From: a virus
Lineage: Duplodnaviria > Caudoviricetes
DNA: 63,924 nt
IMG/VR virus record: IMGVR_UViG_3300044691_000230
Location: 1 to 63,924 of that record
Direction: 5' to 3' (one strand)
The notes below the pieces were generated by a model, which saw only the letters and a program-made list of their open reading frames with translations, was not told where the DNA came from and made no database searches. This document shows positions 47,440 to 56,945 of this stretch, in pieces. Position numbers and translations under genes: made by a program. The stretch's first letter is position 1, and each line of letters begins with the position of its first letter.

Positions 47440-47673
47440 TTAGCCACCGACAGTCACCTTGAAGATGTGCAGTTTCGCCCGCTCCAGAAGCCACATGGCT
47501 CTTTCTGGATCTGGCGGCGAGCCGGAGACGAAAAACTGACCTTCTGCATCAGTGCCGATCACCAGCACTTCGGAGGGCTTGGCGCCGATCGCATCGCGCA
47601 GGGTGCGGGCGCATGTGCTGCGCTCCAAGCGCTCAAAGGCCTTGTGACCACGGATGGGGAGGACGTCTGCCAT
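47440..47673 (-). CDS. Hypothetical protein
   Basis: VLVIG.D.EG.F...WLLERAK. Confidence 0.6.
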   Translation of the reverse strand: MADVLPIRGHKAFERLERSTCARTLRDAIGAKPSEVLVIGTDAEGQFFVSGSPPDPERAMWLLERAKLHIFKVTVGG

Positions 47674-47897
47674 CAGTCCTCCGGCCCGTTGACGCCGGCG
47701 CGGATCGAACCACGCTGACCTGATGCGCCCTTCTGGATCGCTGCGATGTAGTTGCGGCGGGAGCGGGATTGGTCGAACTGCGCTTGAATCTGGCCTTGAC
47801 GCTGGCTGCTCTCGTCAACGTCGGCAAAGGCGCTGCGCTGCTGGGGAGCATCAAAGGCGGTTTGTTGGCCTGGAGCGTCGAAAGCGGTGTCGGCCAT
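47673..47897 (-). CDS. Small protein with TAFDAP repeats
   Basis: TAFDAPGQQ TAFDAPQQR SAFAD. Confidence 0.55.
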   Translation of the reverse strand: MADTAFDAPGQQTAFDAPQQRSAFADVDESSQRQGQIQAQFDQSRSRRNYIAAIQKGASGQRGSIRAGVNGPED

Positions 47898-47898
47898 A

Positions 47899-48282
47899 TC
47901 ACAGCGGCTCAAAGCAGAGACGCAGGTAGAGCCCTTCATCGGGCTCGTAAGTGGGCCCGTCTCGCCATACCAGCATTGCTGGACCGTCAATGACGGCGCG
48001 CAGACGCGTGCATTCAGCCAGCGTGGCGTTGCACATCTCGGCGAGTGAGGCGAGGGGGGCCCGTGTCTCGCCCGGCGGCTTCTCCGCGCCGTTGACGATG
48101 GATACGAAATGCGTCCCGCGCGGGGTCCGGGCGGTATTGCCGAAGAGCGGAGGTGAAACGGCGAGCGCTTCGATCTCCACGGCCAGATTGGCGAGCCGGG
48201 AAACGTCTAGAGCGGTGCCCGCATAGGTCTGAGAATAAGGACGGAGCCGATCGGCGATGGTGCTGGGTATGCCCACGTGCAT
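47899..48282 (-). CDS. Hypothetical protein
   Basis: RBS GGAGG. Confidence 0.55.
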   Translation of the reverse strand: MHVGIPSTIADRLRPYSQTYAGTALDVSRLANLAVEIEALAVSPPLFGNTARTPRGTHFVSIVNGAEKPPGETRAPLASLAEMCNATLAECTRLRAVIDGPAMLVWRDGPTYEPDEGLYLRLCFEPL

Positions 48283-48359
48283 CCTCCAGAAGGGGAAACG
48301 GCGACGCCCTAACCAGCCGGGGGAGGAAGCCGAGCGCCGCCGCTATCGGGGGTGAGGCT

Positions 48360-48626
48360 TTACGCCTTGCCGCCGCGATTGAAGGTGTCGTGATGGGGGC
48401 CGTGGTCGGGATGCGCCTGGGCTGGATACTGCCCCTTGCCGCGAGCCACCGGAGCGCCAATGCCGCGCTCGCTGTCGGCCATGGCGCCGTTCTCGCCGAT
48501 GCTACCGTGGGGGTTCTTCACCTTGTCGGTGCTGCTGGGCAGCTTGTCGACCCCGAAGGAGCCGCTTGAGCCCGCGCCAGCCATCGCCTTGTGGGCGTTC
48601 ATATTGCCGCCGTACATCTTGTCCAT
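48360..48626 (-). CDS. Gly/His/Lys-rich small protein, first gene of the late block
   Basis: PDHGPHH ending; followed by a hairpin. Confidence 0.6.
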   Translation of the reverse strand: MDKMYGGNMNAHKAMAGAGSSGSFGVDKLPSSTDKVKNPHGSIGENGAMADSERGIGAPVARGKGQYPAQAHPDHGPHHDTFNRGGKA

Positions 48627-48689
48627 GGGTCTGATCCTGTGCTCGCGAAGCAGCGCTTGAAGGACCTTGCATAGCAAGAAAATTAGGGG

Positions 48690-48743
48690 TTGCACATGGC
48701 CCCGTCATTGTATAGCTTCAGTGGGCCACACCACAGGAGATCA
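48690..48743 (+). promoter_or_regulatory. Promoter TTGCAC-17-TAGCTT plus shared leader
   Basis: Divergent intergenic region; leader identical to 1905-1923. Confidence 0.6.
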
Positions 48744-48748
48744 GATCA

Positions 48749-48958
48749 ATGACCACCCTGACCAACGCCCCGGCTTTCAAGCGCGGCCTGCACGTCGAGG
48801 TCTATCAGCCCTACCTCGGCGACTGGTCCGAGCGGGCCACGCTCACCGGCCACCGCATGTCTGTGTCGCCCACAAGCGGCACGTGGTGGACCGTGCGCTT
48901 CGACGGCGACAAGGCCGGTTCGATTATGATCCACGAAACTCAACTGCGGGCGGCTTGA
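48749..48958 (+). CDS. Small SH3-like hypothetical protein
   Basis: Strong RBS; WWTVRFDGD. Confidence 0.6.
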   Translation: MTTLTNAPAFKRGLHVEVYQPYLGDWSERATLTGHRMSVSPTSGTWWTVRFDGDKAGSIMIHETQLRAA

Positions 48959-48960
48959 TC

Positions 48961-49200
48961 ATGGCTTACGAATTCCTCCTCCGCAACGAGCGTTACGAAG
49001 CGCCGACGCTGGCTGAAGCCTCTGCGATCTTCTGCCGTGAGCGCGACGTGAACCTTGCGCGCGCGTCCAACTGGCCCACAGTCCGCATCCGCGAGATCGG
49101 CGCCCGTCTGCCCTTCGCCCGCTTCAGCTACAACGGGCGCGTCTGGCGCGATGAGCCTTGGACGCCCGAAGCCACCCCCATCTACGACAACCGCATCTAA
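48961..49200 (+). CDS. Hypothetical protein (SYNGRVW type)
   Basis: ARFSYNGRVW motif. Confidence 0.6.
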   Translation: MAYEFLLRNERYEAPTLAEASAIFCRERDVNLARASNWPTVRIREIGARLPFARFSYNGRVWRDEPWTPEATPIYDNRI

Positions 49201-49280
49201 CCGCAAAGGAGACCCATGACCTTCTGGCAACGGCCCTCGCTTCCCCAAGCCGAGCGGTCGTTTCTTGAGAGCCAAGGGAG

Positions 49281-49454
49281 ATGACTATGCGCACGCAAAT
49301 GACCGACCCCCAGAAGCCCGACCCGCGCGACCCCGATCTGTCCCGCGAAGGAATGTTTCAAGATCACAACTGCTGGAAATGCCGCAACGGCGAAAAGCCC
49401 TGCGTCAACGGTTCGCCCAGCCGGTGCGAGTTCCCCCATGCCCGCAATGACTAG
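49281..49454 (+). CDS. Small Cys-rich protein
   Basis: HNCWKC...PC...RCEFPHARND; not in the ORF track. Confidence 0.5.
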   Translation: MTMRTQMTDPQKPDPRDPDLSREGMFQDHNCWKCRNGEKPCVNGSPSRCEFPHARND

Positions 49455-49638
49455 CCTCTGGCCCCAATCCGTCCGCTCCCGCACCACAGCGTGGGCGATG
49501 GCCTACCAGCGCACCACAACGTTCCGTGAGGCCCGTGCACGTCGCCTTCGGCAACTCTGGATCAACGCCATCGCTTGGGCCATGCTCGCGGTTGGAGGCG
49601 TTCTGACCTTCGCGGCAATCACGGGGTTTGGGGCATAA
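49447..49638 (+). CDS. Small protein with C-terminal TM
   Basis: Hydrophobic tail. Confidence 0.45.
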   Translation: MTSLWPQSVRSRTTAWAMAYQRTTTFREARARRLRQLWINAIAWAMLAVGGVLTFAAITGFGA

Positions 49639-49780
49639 GCGACCCGCGATTGAGCAATGAGGATTATCACAGGAGAAACCACCATGCACCCGCTGGCCAA
49701 AGACCAGCACCAAGGCTGACTTTCAGCCGTCGGCGTCCAAGCGGCGCCGATCACTGAACGCCAGAAGAGACCAAAAGCGA

Positions 49781-50341
49781 ATGACCGTCATCACTGGAGA
49801 CGTTCCCCTAGCAGCTCGGCAGATGATCGCCCATGCCGCGGTTCGGATCGCCAAGCGCGCCACCGAAGAGGGATCCATGGCGCGAGACCTGATGGCTGTC
49901 GGGAAGATCGCCGAAGCGGCTCAACACCTTGGGCGGGGCGAGGCCTTTAACGAGTGCGCAGCGCTGATCCTGGCGCTGGAAAAAGGAACTCTGATGGCCC
50001 ACTACGTCGGCGCCGAAGTCTTCAGCGAACTGGAGGACCTCGCCCAGCCCCTCATCGCGCAAGCCCTCCACCACGCCTCCCAGCCGGGGTTTATCCTCGG
50101 CTCCAGCGAGGAGATCACCGAACTGAACCGCAACACCCAGGCCATGGTGCTGGCCTTCCAGGCTGTCGCGCACCGTTTCAACCTCTCCGAACCGGCCATG
50201 ATGATCGCGCTTGGAGCAACGGTTGGAACCATCCTCGCCCAGGTCAACGAACCCACGCGCCTGCATGGCCTGTTCAAGGATCAGTGCGCCCACTCCATCG
50301 CGGAAGTCACCGAAGCGGCGCGGCCGAAGGGGCATGCGTGA
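49781..50341 (+). CDS. Hypothetical protein (possible second start at 49993)
   Basis: Internal AAAGGA RBS plus ATG in frame. Confidence 0.5.
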   Translation: MTVITGDVPLAARQMIAHAAVRIAKRATEEGSMARDLMAVGKIAEAAQHLGRGEAFNECAALILALEKGTLMAHYVGAEVFSELEDLAQPLIAQALHHASQPGFILGSSEEITELNRNTQAMVLAFQAVAHRFNLSEPAMMIALGATVGTILAQVNEPTRLHGLFKDQCAHSIAEVTEAARPKGHA

Positions 50342-50700
50342 TGGTCGGTCGTTCCGTTCCCCTTTGGGTCGGCGCCACCCCTGACGCCAAGGTCCCCCCA
50401 CGGGTGCGGCTTCGCATCTTCGAACGCGAGGGCGGCCGATGCTGGATCAGCGGTCGCAAGATCATGGCTGCAGACGCGTGGGATCTGGACCACAAGATAG
50501 CGCTGATCAACGGCGGGACACACTCGGAAGACAACCTCTTCCCCGCTCTTCGCGACAAGCATCGAGAAAAAACCGCCGAGGACGTGGCCGAAAAGTCGAA
50601 GACAGCCCGCATCCGCGCCAAGCACTTGGGCATTTTTCCGCGCTCGCCATTCAAAATCAAAGGACGCGGGTTTGAGCGTCGGAGGACCACCCATGACTGA
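50341..50700 (+). CDS. HNH endonuclease-like protein
   Basis: IFER.GGRC..SG...WDLDH.IAL..GG.HSEDNL...HREKT. Confidence 0.8.
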   Translation: MVGRSVPLWVGATPDAKVPPRVRLRIFEREGGRCWISGRKIMAADAWDLDHKIALINGGTHSEDNLFPALRDKHREKTAEDVAEKSKTARIRAKHLGIFPRSPFKIKGRGFERRRTTHD

Positions 50701-51175
50701 TCTCGACGCCGGAACGGCAAGCCACTCTTTCATCGCCGAGGAAATCCTACGCCTGCGGGCCGAGAACGCGAGGCTGCGGGAGGCGCTGGAGACCTTCGCG
50801 ATCCTCGGCTGGCCCGAAGCCCTCCTCGCCGAGATCGATCGCCTGAAAGCCCTCCTCGCCCCGTTTGAAGCGCTGCGGGGGGAAAGCGAGCGGGCGACCC
50901 TTCAGGATGTTGCGCCAGGGCTATTCGCGACCGCTGACGGCCACATCGGCTTGAAGACCGAGTACGCCATGTTGGTTGGCAGAGACACGGCTGGTGGCCT
51001 TGTCGAGTGGGAAATGACCCGGTGGCCAGAAGCCTATGTCGCGGCCAGCGGCGAGGTGTTCTGGGGCGGCGCATCAACCCACGAAGACCGCGCCGCGCTG
51101 CTTGTGCGACCGATCCTAGACGCGGTGCTCGAAGCCCTCCGCACCTTTCTCTCTGCTACCCAGGAGGGGAAGTGA
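50693..51175 (+). CDS. Hypothetical protein
   Basis: RBS GGAGG; LKTEY...SGE.FWGG. Confidence 0.6.
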   Translation: MTDLDAGTASHSFIAEEILRLRAENARLREALETFAILGWPEALLAEIDRLKALLAPFEALRGESERATLQDVAPGLFATADGHIGLKTEYAMLVGRDTAGGLVEWEMTRWPEAYVAASGEVFWGGASTHEDRAALLVRPILDAVLEALRTFLSATQEGK

Positions 51176-51510
51176 TGGGCCGCTACACCCTAACCGACGA
51201 AGCCGCCGAAGCGATGGCCGAGGCGATGTGTTTTTCGGACCCCTGTTTTGAGTGCCTTGAGGAAGGCAAGTGTCGCGGTCCGCTTGATGAGGTCGATCTC
51301 GCCCGAGCCCGCGCTGCATGGAAAGCCTCTCCCGGTCCGGCGCTGGTGGAGGCGCTGGAAGCTACGCGCGAACCAGCGGCCGGAGCCATCAAGGCGCTCT
51401 ACCAACAGGGTCGCGACGGGCTTCTGCTCGCCGACCGCATCCACAAGGCCGACGACAAGGTCCGCCAAGCCCTCTCCACCATCACCAAGGAGCCTGACCA
51501 TGCCGAGTGA
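51175..51510 (+). CDS. Hypothetical protein
   Basis: TGATG-coupled start. Confidence 0.55.
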   Translation: MGRYTLTDEAAEAMAEAMCFSDPCFECLEEGKCRGPLDEVDLARARAAWKASPGPALVEALEATREPAAGAIKALYQQGRDGLLLADRIHKADDKVRQALSTITKEPDHAE

Positions 51511-51937
51511 TGAATTGTGGGCGCTCCGCATCACCGCCGACGCCGCCGAAGTGTGGACTGAGAACGGGTCCATTGTCGCGCAGTTCAAGCGCACCGAAGA
51601 TGCGCAAGAGACCATCGACATCCACAACTTTGAGATCGAACTTAACGAGCCTGAAGCGCCAGCGGTGATCAAGTCGGACGAGGAAAAGATGGCCGCCAGC
51701 ATCGCCTACTATCGACAGAATGAGCCGGACGGGGCGCGCCTGCTGTCGATGATCCAAGAGGGCGCGGCGAGGACCCTGCAGCTCCTGGCTCTACAGGCCC
51801 CCGAGATCGTCATAGCCGATTCCTGCCGCACGCTCGAAAAGCACATCGCGACGTTCGGCGCCCTCCACCCCGGCACGATGGAAGAGATCGCGGCGGAAGC
51901 AATGTGTAGCCTTCGAGAGGACCCCGACCATGCCTGA
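51500..51937 (+). CDS. Hypothetical protein
   Basis: RBS AAGGAG. Confidence 0.55.
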   Translation: MPSDELWALRITADAAEVWTENGSIVAQFKRTEDAQETIDIHNFEIELNEPEAPAVIKSDEEKMAASIAYYRQNEPDGARLLSMIQEGAARTLQLLALQAPEIVIADSCRTLEKHIATFGALHPGTMEEIAAEAMCSLREDPDHA

Positions 51938-52313
51938 CCTCACCTCTCTCATCACCCGTCTGTCAGAGGCGACGGAGGGCGGGCGGGAACTGGACGAAGC
52001 GATCGGCATATGGGCCGGACACAAGCCCACCATGCGCGTCGGCCACGAACTGCTGGGTACCGACCGGGAAGTGCCTCGGTACTGCCCAAACTACTCCACC
52101 TCCGTCGGCGCCGCTCTCGCCCTGATCGCCCGCAAGCTGCCGGGGTGCTGGTGGATGATTGCTCGCGGCAAGATGAAGGTCGCTGAGCCTGAATACGGAG
52201 CGATCCTCTACTTCGGTGAAGAACCCATCGGCGAGGGTGAGCACGACGCCGGACCTGCAATGGCGATCTGCCTCGCCCTTCTCCGCGCCCTGGAGGCCCA
52301 ACATGCCGACTGA
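51930..52313 (+). CDS. Phage ABA-sandwich-like protein
   Basis: RELDEAI..PNYSTSVGAA..PAMAICLALLRA. Confidence 0.6.
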   Translation: MPDLTSLITRLSEATEGGRELDEAIGIWAGHKPTMRVGHELLGTDREVPRYCPNYSTSVGAALALIARKLPGCWWMIARGKMKVAEPEYGAILYFGEEPIGEGEHDAGPAMAICLALLRALEAQHAD

Positions 52314-52326
52314 CAGGAGGCACACC

Positions 52327-52602
52327 ATGACCAAGCGACAACCCTTCGACAACGCCGACCTGATCGCCACTTCCCGTAACCTCACCCGCGCCATCTGCTC
52401 ACCTGAAGCGGTGGAGGTGGTGGCGAGGGCGAATGCTGCTGTGGAGGGCTGGGTCTTCGACAACCTGGAAGAGGGCGACCCGACGAATCCCGGCAGTCGT
52501 CACGGCTTCCACGACCCCTACGGAGACCCGACAAAGCTCCTGTTCAGAACCCAAGCGAGAGAAGGGCTCAACGCCATCGCTGGAATGGGGGAGGCGCCAT
52601 GA
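52327..52602 (+). CDS. Hypothetical protein
   Basis: RBS AGGAGG. Confidence 0.55.
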   Translation: MTKRQPFDNADLIATSRNLTRAICSPEAVEVVARANAAVEGWVFDNLEEGDPTNPGSRHGFHDPYGDPTKLLFRTQAREGLNAIAGMGEAP

Positions 52603-52742
52603 CCCCTCAAGACGCCCAGGACCGCGCTGACGCCCGCTCTTACCGCTGGCAGATGCTGTGGCCCACCCTGCTCAATGTCGCCGTCCTGATGGGCCTTGGG
52701 GGGCTCATAGGGTGGGTGCTGTGCGCGGTGTTCGGGCGATGA
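52599..52742 (+). CDS. 47-aa TM peptide
   Basis: ATGA overlaps at both ends. Confidence 0.5.
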   Translation: MTPQDAQDRADARSYRWQMLWPTLLNVAVLMGLGGLIGWVLCAVFGR

Positions 52743-52948
52743 CTATCACCCGCGATCTGGACCAGGCCGAACTGGAGCGCTGCGACGTGTTCAGCGACTT
52801 CTCGGCAAGCGAGGACCGGGCCTATTTCGAGGTTCCAGACGACCGCTGGCAAGCGATGCTGGCAAGCTGGCGGATCGAACATCCGGGAGAAGCCGCCGCC
52901 GTCGACCATGCTCTTGCGCCATACCCCAAATCATCGGATGTCTTCTGA
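52739..52948 (+). CDS. Hypothetical protein
   Basis: ATGA-coupled start. Confidence 0.5.
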   Translation: MTITRDLDQAELERCDVFSDFSASEDRAYFEVPDDRWQAMLASWRIEHPGEAAAVDHALAPYPKSSDVF

Positions 52949-52983
52949 GCTCCCCCGACCGGGAACAACCCTGTACCGACTTT

Positions 52984-53012
52984 AGGCCGCTCTCCCCCGG
53001 GGCGGCCTTTTT
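52984..53012 (+). terminator. Intrinsic terminator
   Basis: AGGCCGC...GCGGCCT plus T-run, at the convergence point. Confidence 0.65.
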
Positions 53013-53040
53013 CGTTCCAGCGTCGAGGTGATGCCAGCCA

Positions 53041-53385
53041 TCACAATCCCCCCACGATCTCGCCGTTGATGATATGTCCATGCCAATTTCCACCTGCACT
53101 CCCATCCAGCGATGGCTGAACTGACAGACTGGCGAAATCGGCGACTGCGATATCTGGCGTGATGGTCCAATGCGCTTCTGGCTTGCAGCCTTGCACATCG
53201 TGGCGCGGATCGCTTTCATCAGGCGTGCCAAGTGCGGCCGAGAACAGCGCCCATTGCTCTCGCCGGGGTGGCGGATTCTGAAAGCATGACTGCCAGCAGG
53301 TCTGGCGGGTCGGCGAGCGGAATATGAATCCGACGCGAATGCCGTCCTTCAGTAGCCATCGAGGCTCAAGATCGGTCAGACGCAT
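53041..53385 (-). CDS. DUF6527-like protein
   Basis: LSVQPSLD....WHGHI.NG. Confidence 0.55.
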   Translation of the reverse strand: MRLTDLEPRWLLKDGIRVGFIFRSPTRQTCWQSCFQNPPPRREQWALFSAALGTPDESDPRHDVQGCKPEAHWTITPDIAVADFASLSVQPSLDGSAGGNWHGHIINGEIVGGL

Positions 53386-53734
53386 GGTGATCATGCCTGC
53401 CAGAGCGGATGGGATATCCGCCAAGGCGCTGATTTGTGAGTAATGGGCGCGTGTCGTGGTCATTGTTCACGGTCTGGACAATCAGCCTCCCCCACGCCGG
53501 CGCAAGGTTCCTATCCTTCACGCGCAGAGCCGCCCGCCCGTCCAACGTCATCCTCCGCAGCAAGCGCCAATCTGGTTCAATCCGATCCCACTCCGCGATT
53601 TGCGCCGCATACCCCCAACCTCCTGAGAGCACCGCACACTGGCGACGGCCTGCTTTGCGCTCTCGGGTACGGGAAGCGGCGGAAAGGCGCTCCTGGACGA
53701 TCTGGGGGTCCTGGCGGGGGTGTCTAGGGGTCAT
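53366..53734 (-). CDS. Hypothetical protein
   Basis: Fills the operon gap. Confidence 0.4.
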   Translation of the reverse strand: MTPRHPRQDPQIVQERLSAASRTRERKAGRRQCAVLSGGWGYAAQIAEWDRIEPDWRLLRRMTLDGRAALRVKDRNLAPAWGRLIVQTVNNDHDTRPLLTNQRLGGYPIRSGRHDHHASDRS

Positions 53735-53744
53735 CTTCCGGTCC

Positions 53745-53966
53745 TTACGTGAAGAGTTCGGCTTGGCGGGGATCTGACGCTTCGGTCCCGCCTAGCACCA
53801 CAATGGCAAAGTCGATCTCCGCCATCTCGCGTTCGATCTGACAAATCTGCGCTTTGATCAGCCACGCCGGAACCCTCGGATTGTTGATCAACTCCCGTTC
53901 GCCCTTGTGCCTGGCGTCCGCCAGCCATTCGAGCTCGAGGCGGAGGAGGCGGGTGGCGGCGTTCAT
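53745..53966 (-). CDS. Hypothetical protein
   Basis: ATGA-coupled start; ends RQAELF. Confidence 0.5.
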   Translation of the reverse strand: MNAATRLLRLELEWLADARHKGERELINNPRVPAWLIKAQICQIEREMAEIDFAIVVLGGTEASDPRQAELFT

Positions 53967-54922
53967 GCGGCGACGGTCTCCGGTCGGCTTCCGATTTGAC
54001 GGCGAAGGACGTCGTTCCAGTCCTCCCCCAAACGGTCGGGAATCTTGACCTCGACCTGATAGCGCTCGCGGACGAGACGATAGGCCAAGGCGTAGGCGGC
54101 TTTGTGCCCGGTGTAGCTGGGGTCGTTGTCGGCAAAGATGACGACGCGGACGTCTTGGGGCGGGCGCCATTGTTCCAGTCCCACGGCGCTGACCGCAGCC
54201 CAACACGGCACACCGTGGAGGATCGTGGCCGAGAGAGCGGTTTCGATGCCCTCGGCAATGCCTAGAATGTCATCATGGGCACAAAGCCGGATCGCCGCCC
54301 CCCCCGCCACGGAACCGCCAGCCATGCACTTGCGGGGCGATTCCACCTTGGCTTTTCCGCCCTCTGGATGGAGGAATGTCCGGTGGATGTTGACCGGGGC
54401 GCCGGCATGATCACGCACCATGGCGATCATGCCGGGATGTGTGGTCGGGATGCGGGAATCCGGGACGAAATATCGCAGCGATGTTGCGGCCCGGATGTCC
54501 GCGCAGAACTCGGTGAGGCCGGTCCTGGCCTTCAAGTAGCGCCCCGCCACAGTGCCAGGGTCCATTCGGCGCCCCGACTTCCAGACATCGTTCATGGCCT
54601 TCCGCTCGCTCTCCTCGGTGCGAACGGTCTGTGTCGGGGTGTGCGCTGCGCCTGGAAGCAGAGCCTCAACGGCCACCGCAGCCTCACGAAAATCCATGTT
54701 GAACTTGGTCATCACGAACTTGATCCCGTCGCCGGAGCCGCAATGCGAACAGATCCAAGTCCCGTCGCCGTTCTTGTCGTCGAAGCGGAAGCGATCCTTT
54801 CCGTCCTCGCAGATCGGACACGGACCGTGTTTGTCGGTGAGGTAAGCCTTGTCTATCCCAAGCTGCGACAGGACGCTTTTCCAGCAGTTGCGGGCCGCAT
54901 CCTTGACCTTCGGCTTGTCCAT
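53963..54922 (-). CDS. Zn-binding/TOPRIM primase (P4 alpha-like)
   Basis: HGPCPIC..KDRFRFDD..WICSHC.SGDG; IHRTFL; AEGIETALS; ADND; DWND. Confidence 0.9.
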   Translation of the reverse strand: MDKPKVKDAARNCWKSVLSQLGIDKAYLTDKHGPCPICEDGKDRFRFDDKNGDGTWICSHCGSGDGIKFVMTKFNMDFREAAVAVEALLPGAAHTPTQTVRTEESERKAMNDVWKSGRRMDPGTVAGRYLKARTGLTEFCADIRAATSLRYFVPDSRIPTTHPGMIAMVRDHAGAPVNIHRTFLHPEGGKAKVESPRKCMAGGSVAGGAAIRLCAHDDILGIAEGIETALSATILHGVPCWAAVSAVGLEQWRPPQDVRVVIFADNDPSYTGHKAAYALAYRLVRERYQVEVKIPDRLGEDWNDVLRRQIGSRPETVAA

Positions 54923-56394
54923 CAGTGCGCCGCTTTCGACTTCACAAACCGGATGTTCTGGGCGGTTATCCAGCTTCTCACTTCGGCACCGACGCTGGCG
55001 GCCGGGGTGGCGTAGCGAACGCGGGGATCGTTCGGCCAAACGCCGAACTTGGCCTTGTATTTGTGGGAAACCCACCCATCGGCCTTCCCTCTGTCAAGGG
55101 CGTAGGCTTTGAGCTGGCGGATGAACGCCACCTTTTCAGGCCAGCCTTCATCGCGGTTCGCCTTGCGCCGCGAATCCAACTCGACCAACTCCCCCTCACG
55201 CCAGTCGACGCCGATGCTGGTCTTCTCCGGCTGCCAGCCACAGCCTGGGCAGACAGCTTGACCCACCGACATGAGCCGGGAGCACTTCGGGCACTCCTTG
55301 GGCAGTCGCGGTTTCATCATCGCCGCTTCGTCGCTCTCCCGAAGGTCTCCCCCATCCAGCCGGTCACGGTGAATGTCGGTGACGAAGCCCAGGCGGAGGG
55401 TGGAATCGCTATGGTCGAGCACGATGCAATCGGCCTTGCCGTCGGCGGTTCGAAGACCGCGGCCGATAATCTGGGTGAACAGGATTTCGCTCTTGGTCGG
55501 CCGAGCCAAAATGATGCAGCGGACGTCCCAATCGACGCCTGTCGTGAGGACTCCCACGTTGCAGACGACCTGAATATCGCCCCTCGCGAACGCCTTGCGG
55601 ACCACTTCTCGTTCCAGCGGCGTCGTGTCCTTGTCGATGTAGCCGCATGGGACGCCGGAGGCCTCGAATTGTTCCTGAAGCAGCCGAGCATGACGACGAT
55701 TGACGGCGAAACACAGCGTGGGCCTGCCCTCGCCCTTAGCCTGCCAGGTGCTCACCACGTCGCCGATCAGCGGGTTCATGGCCTTGGCCAGATCGCCCTC
55801 GTGGAAGTCCCCCGCCACGGTCCTGACGCCCTTCAGGTCGGGGTGTGATGGCGCGAAGGTCTTGAACGGCGAGAGATATCCCGCTTCGATCAGTTCCGCC
55901 GTTGTCGACCCCACAATCAGCGTGTCGTAAAGCCGCCCCAGGCCTTTCGTCCAAGGCGTCGCCGATAGGCCGATGAACGGGACAGACGCCCATTCGTCGC
56001 GCTGCATCCAGTCACCGATGAATTCGAAATTCTTGTGCGCCTCGTCGACGATCACAAGCGCCGCCTCCGGGATAGTCCGCCGCTGCAGGGTCTGGATGCT
56101 GGCGATCTGGACCGGTTTGGAACTGTTGGTCATAGGGTGGTCGGCCTGCATCATGCCAACGTCGCGAATGCCTTCGTCGTAGAATTCCCGAGCGGTCTGC
56201 TCGACCAGCGCAATCGCCGGGACCGTGAAGATGCATCGGTTTCCCTTAGCCAGGGCGAGATTGATGATCTCGGAGGCGATGCGGGTTTTGCCTGCCCCGG
56301 TTGGGAGTTGCAGCATCGGACGCCGGTAGCCGGACTTCAGGGCTTGCCGCAGCAGGCCGATGGCGCGGGACTGGTGATCTCGGAGGGGCTTCAT
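54922..56394 (-). CDS. SF2 (DEAH) helicase with Zn finger
   Basis: PTGAGKT, DEAH, SATP, LTTGVD, QIIGRGLR, CPKC..CPGC. Confidence 0.92.
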   Translation of the reverse strand: MKPLRDHQSRAIGLLRQALKSGYRRPMLQLPTGAGKTRIASEIINLALAKGNRCIFTVPAIALVEQTAREFYDEGIRDVGMMQADHPMTNSSKPVQIASIQTLQRRTIPEAALVIVDEAHKNFEFIGDWMQRDEWASVPFIGLSATPWTKGLGRLYDTLIVGSTTAELIEAGYLSPFKTFAPSHPDLKGVRTVAGDFHEGDLAKAMNPLIGDVVSTWQAKGEGRPTLCFAVNRRHARLLQEQFEASGVPCGYIDKDTTPLEREVVRKAFARGDIQVVCNVGVLTTGVDWDVRCIILARPTKSEILFTQIIGRGLRTADGKADCIVLDHSDSTLRLGFVTDIHRDRLDGGDLRESDEAAMMKPRLPKECPKCSRLMSVGQAVCPGCGWQPEKTSIGVDWREGELVELDSRRKANRDEGWPEKVAFIRQLKAYALDRGKADGWVSHKYKAKFGVWPNDPRVRYATPAASVGAEVRSWITAQNIRFVKSKAAH

Positions 56395-56945
56395 GCCGAT
56401 TTCCCCGGGAAGCGGACCACGCCCTCGCCTAGAGGTTCCTCCTGATAGTCCTGTGTATCTTCCTTACCTGGATAGGGAGGGTTCTTAATCTCTATCTCAG
56501 TCTCTATTGGCTTAGCACTCGCTAAGCACTCGCTAAGCGGTGGCTTAGCACTCGCTAAGCGTCTGCTTAAGCCTTTGTCTGAGCGGGGTTTTTTTCGGCT
56601 CGCAGAACCGCCTTTTTTGCCGCGCGTCGCTTGTTCCGATTTAAACGCGAATTGATTGTGCAATTCGCGCGCTGCTCTCGCGTTCATTAATCCAGGTAAA
56701 CCGTCCAATGTGGGCGCCAAAAATAACTTGTCCTTGGCGATCAATGCGTCCCGATCCCGCAGCCATGCCGCTTCGGAACAGTCAAAGAGGCTGGCCCAGT
56801 AGAACGGCTGGTCTTTGACGGGACCCCCTTCGATATAGATGCAATTGATCACTGTGACGTAGACGCCGCGCTCGGATCGGCTAAGGCCGACCATGCCGTC
56901 ATTGAAGGCCGATGGTGAGCACTTGTACCAGGGGAGGCCACTCAA
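56391..56945 (-). CDS. DUF1376/YdaU-like replication initiator
   Basis: LPWYK....F..G...LS..ERGVY; GKKGG; internal iterons. Confidence 0.75.
   Translation of the reverse strand: MSGLPWYKCSPSAFNDGMVGLSRSERGVYVTVINCIYIEGGPVKDQPFYWASLFDCSEAAWLRDRDALIAKDKLFLAPTLDGLPGLMNARAARELHNQFAFKSEQATRGKKGGSASRKKPRSDKGLSRRLASAKPPLSECLASAKPIETEIEIKNPPYPGKEDTQDYQEEPLGEGVVRFPGKSA
56509..56572. repeat. Iteron-like repeats GCTTAGCACTCGCTAAGC (putative ori)
   Basis: Two full palindromic copies plus half-sites inside the initiator gene. Confidence 0.65.
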
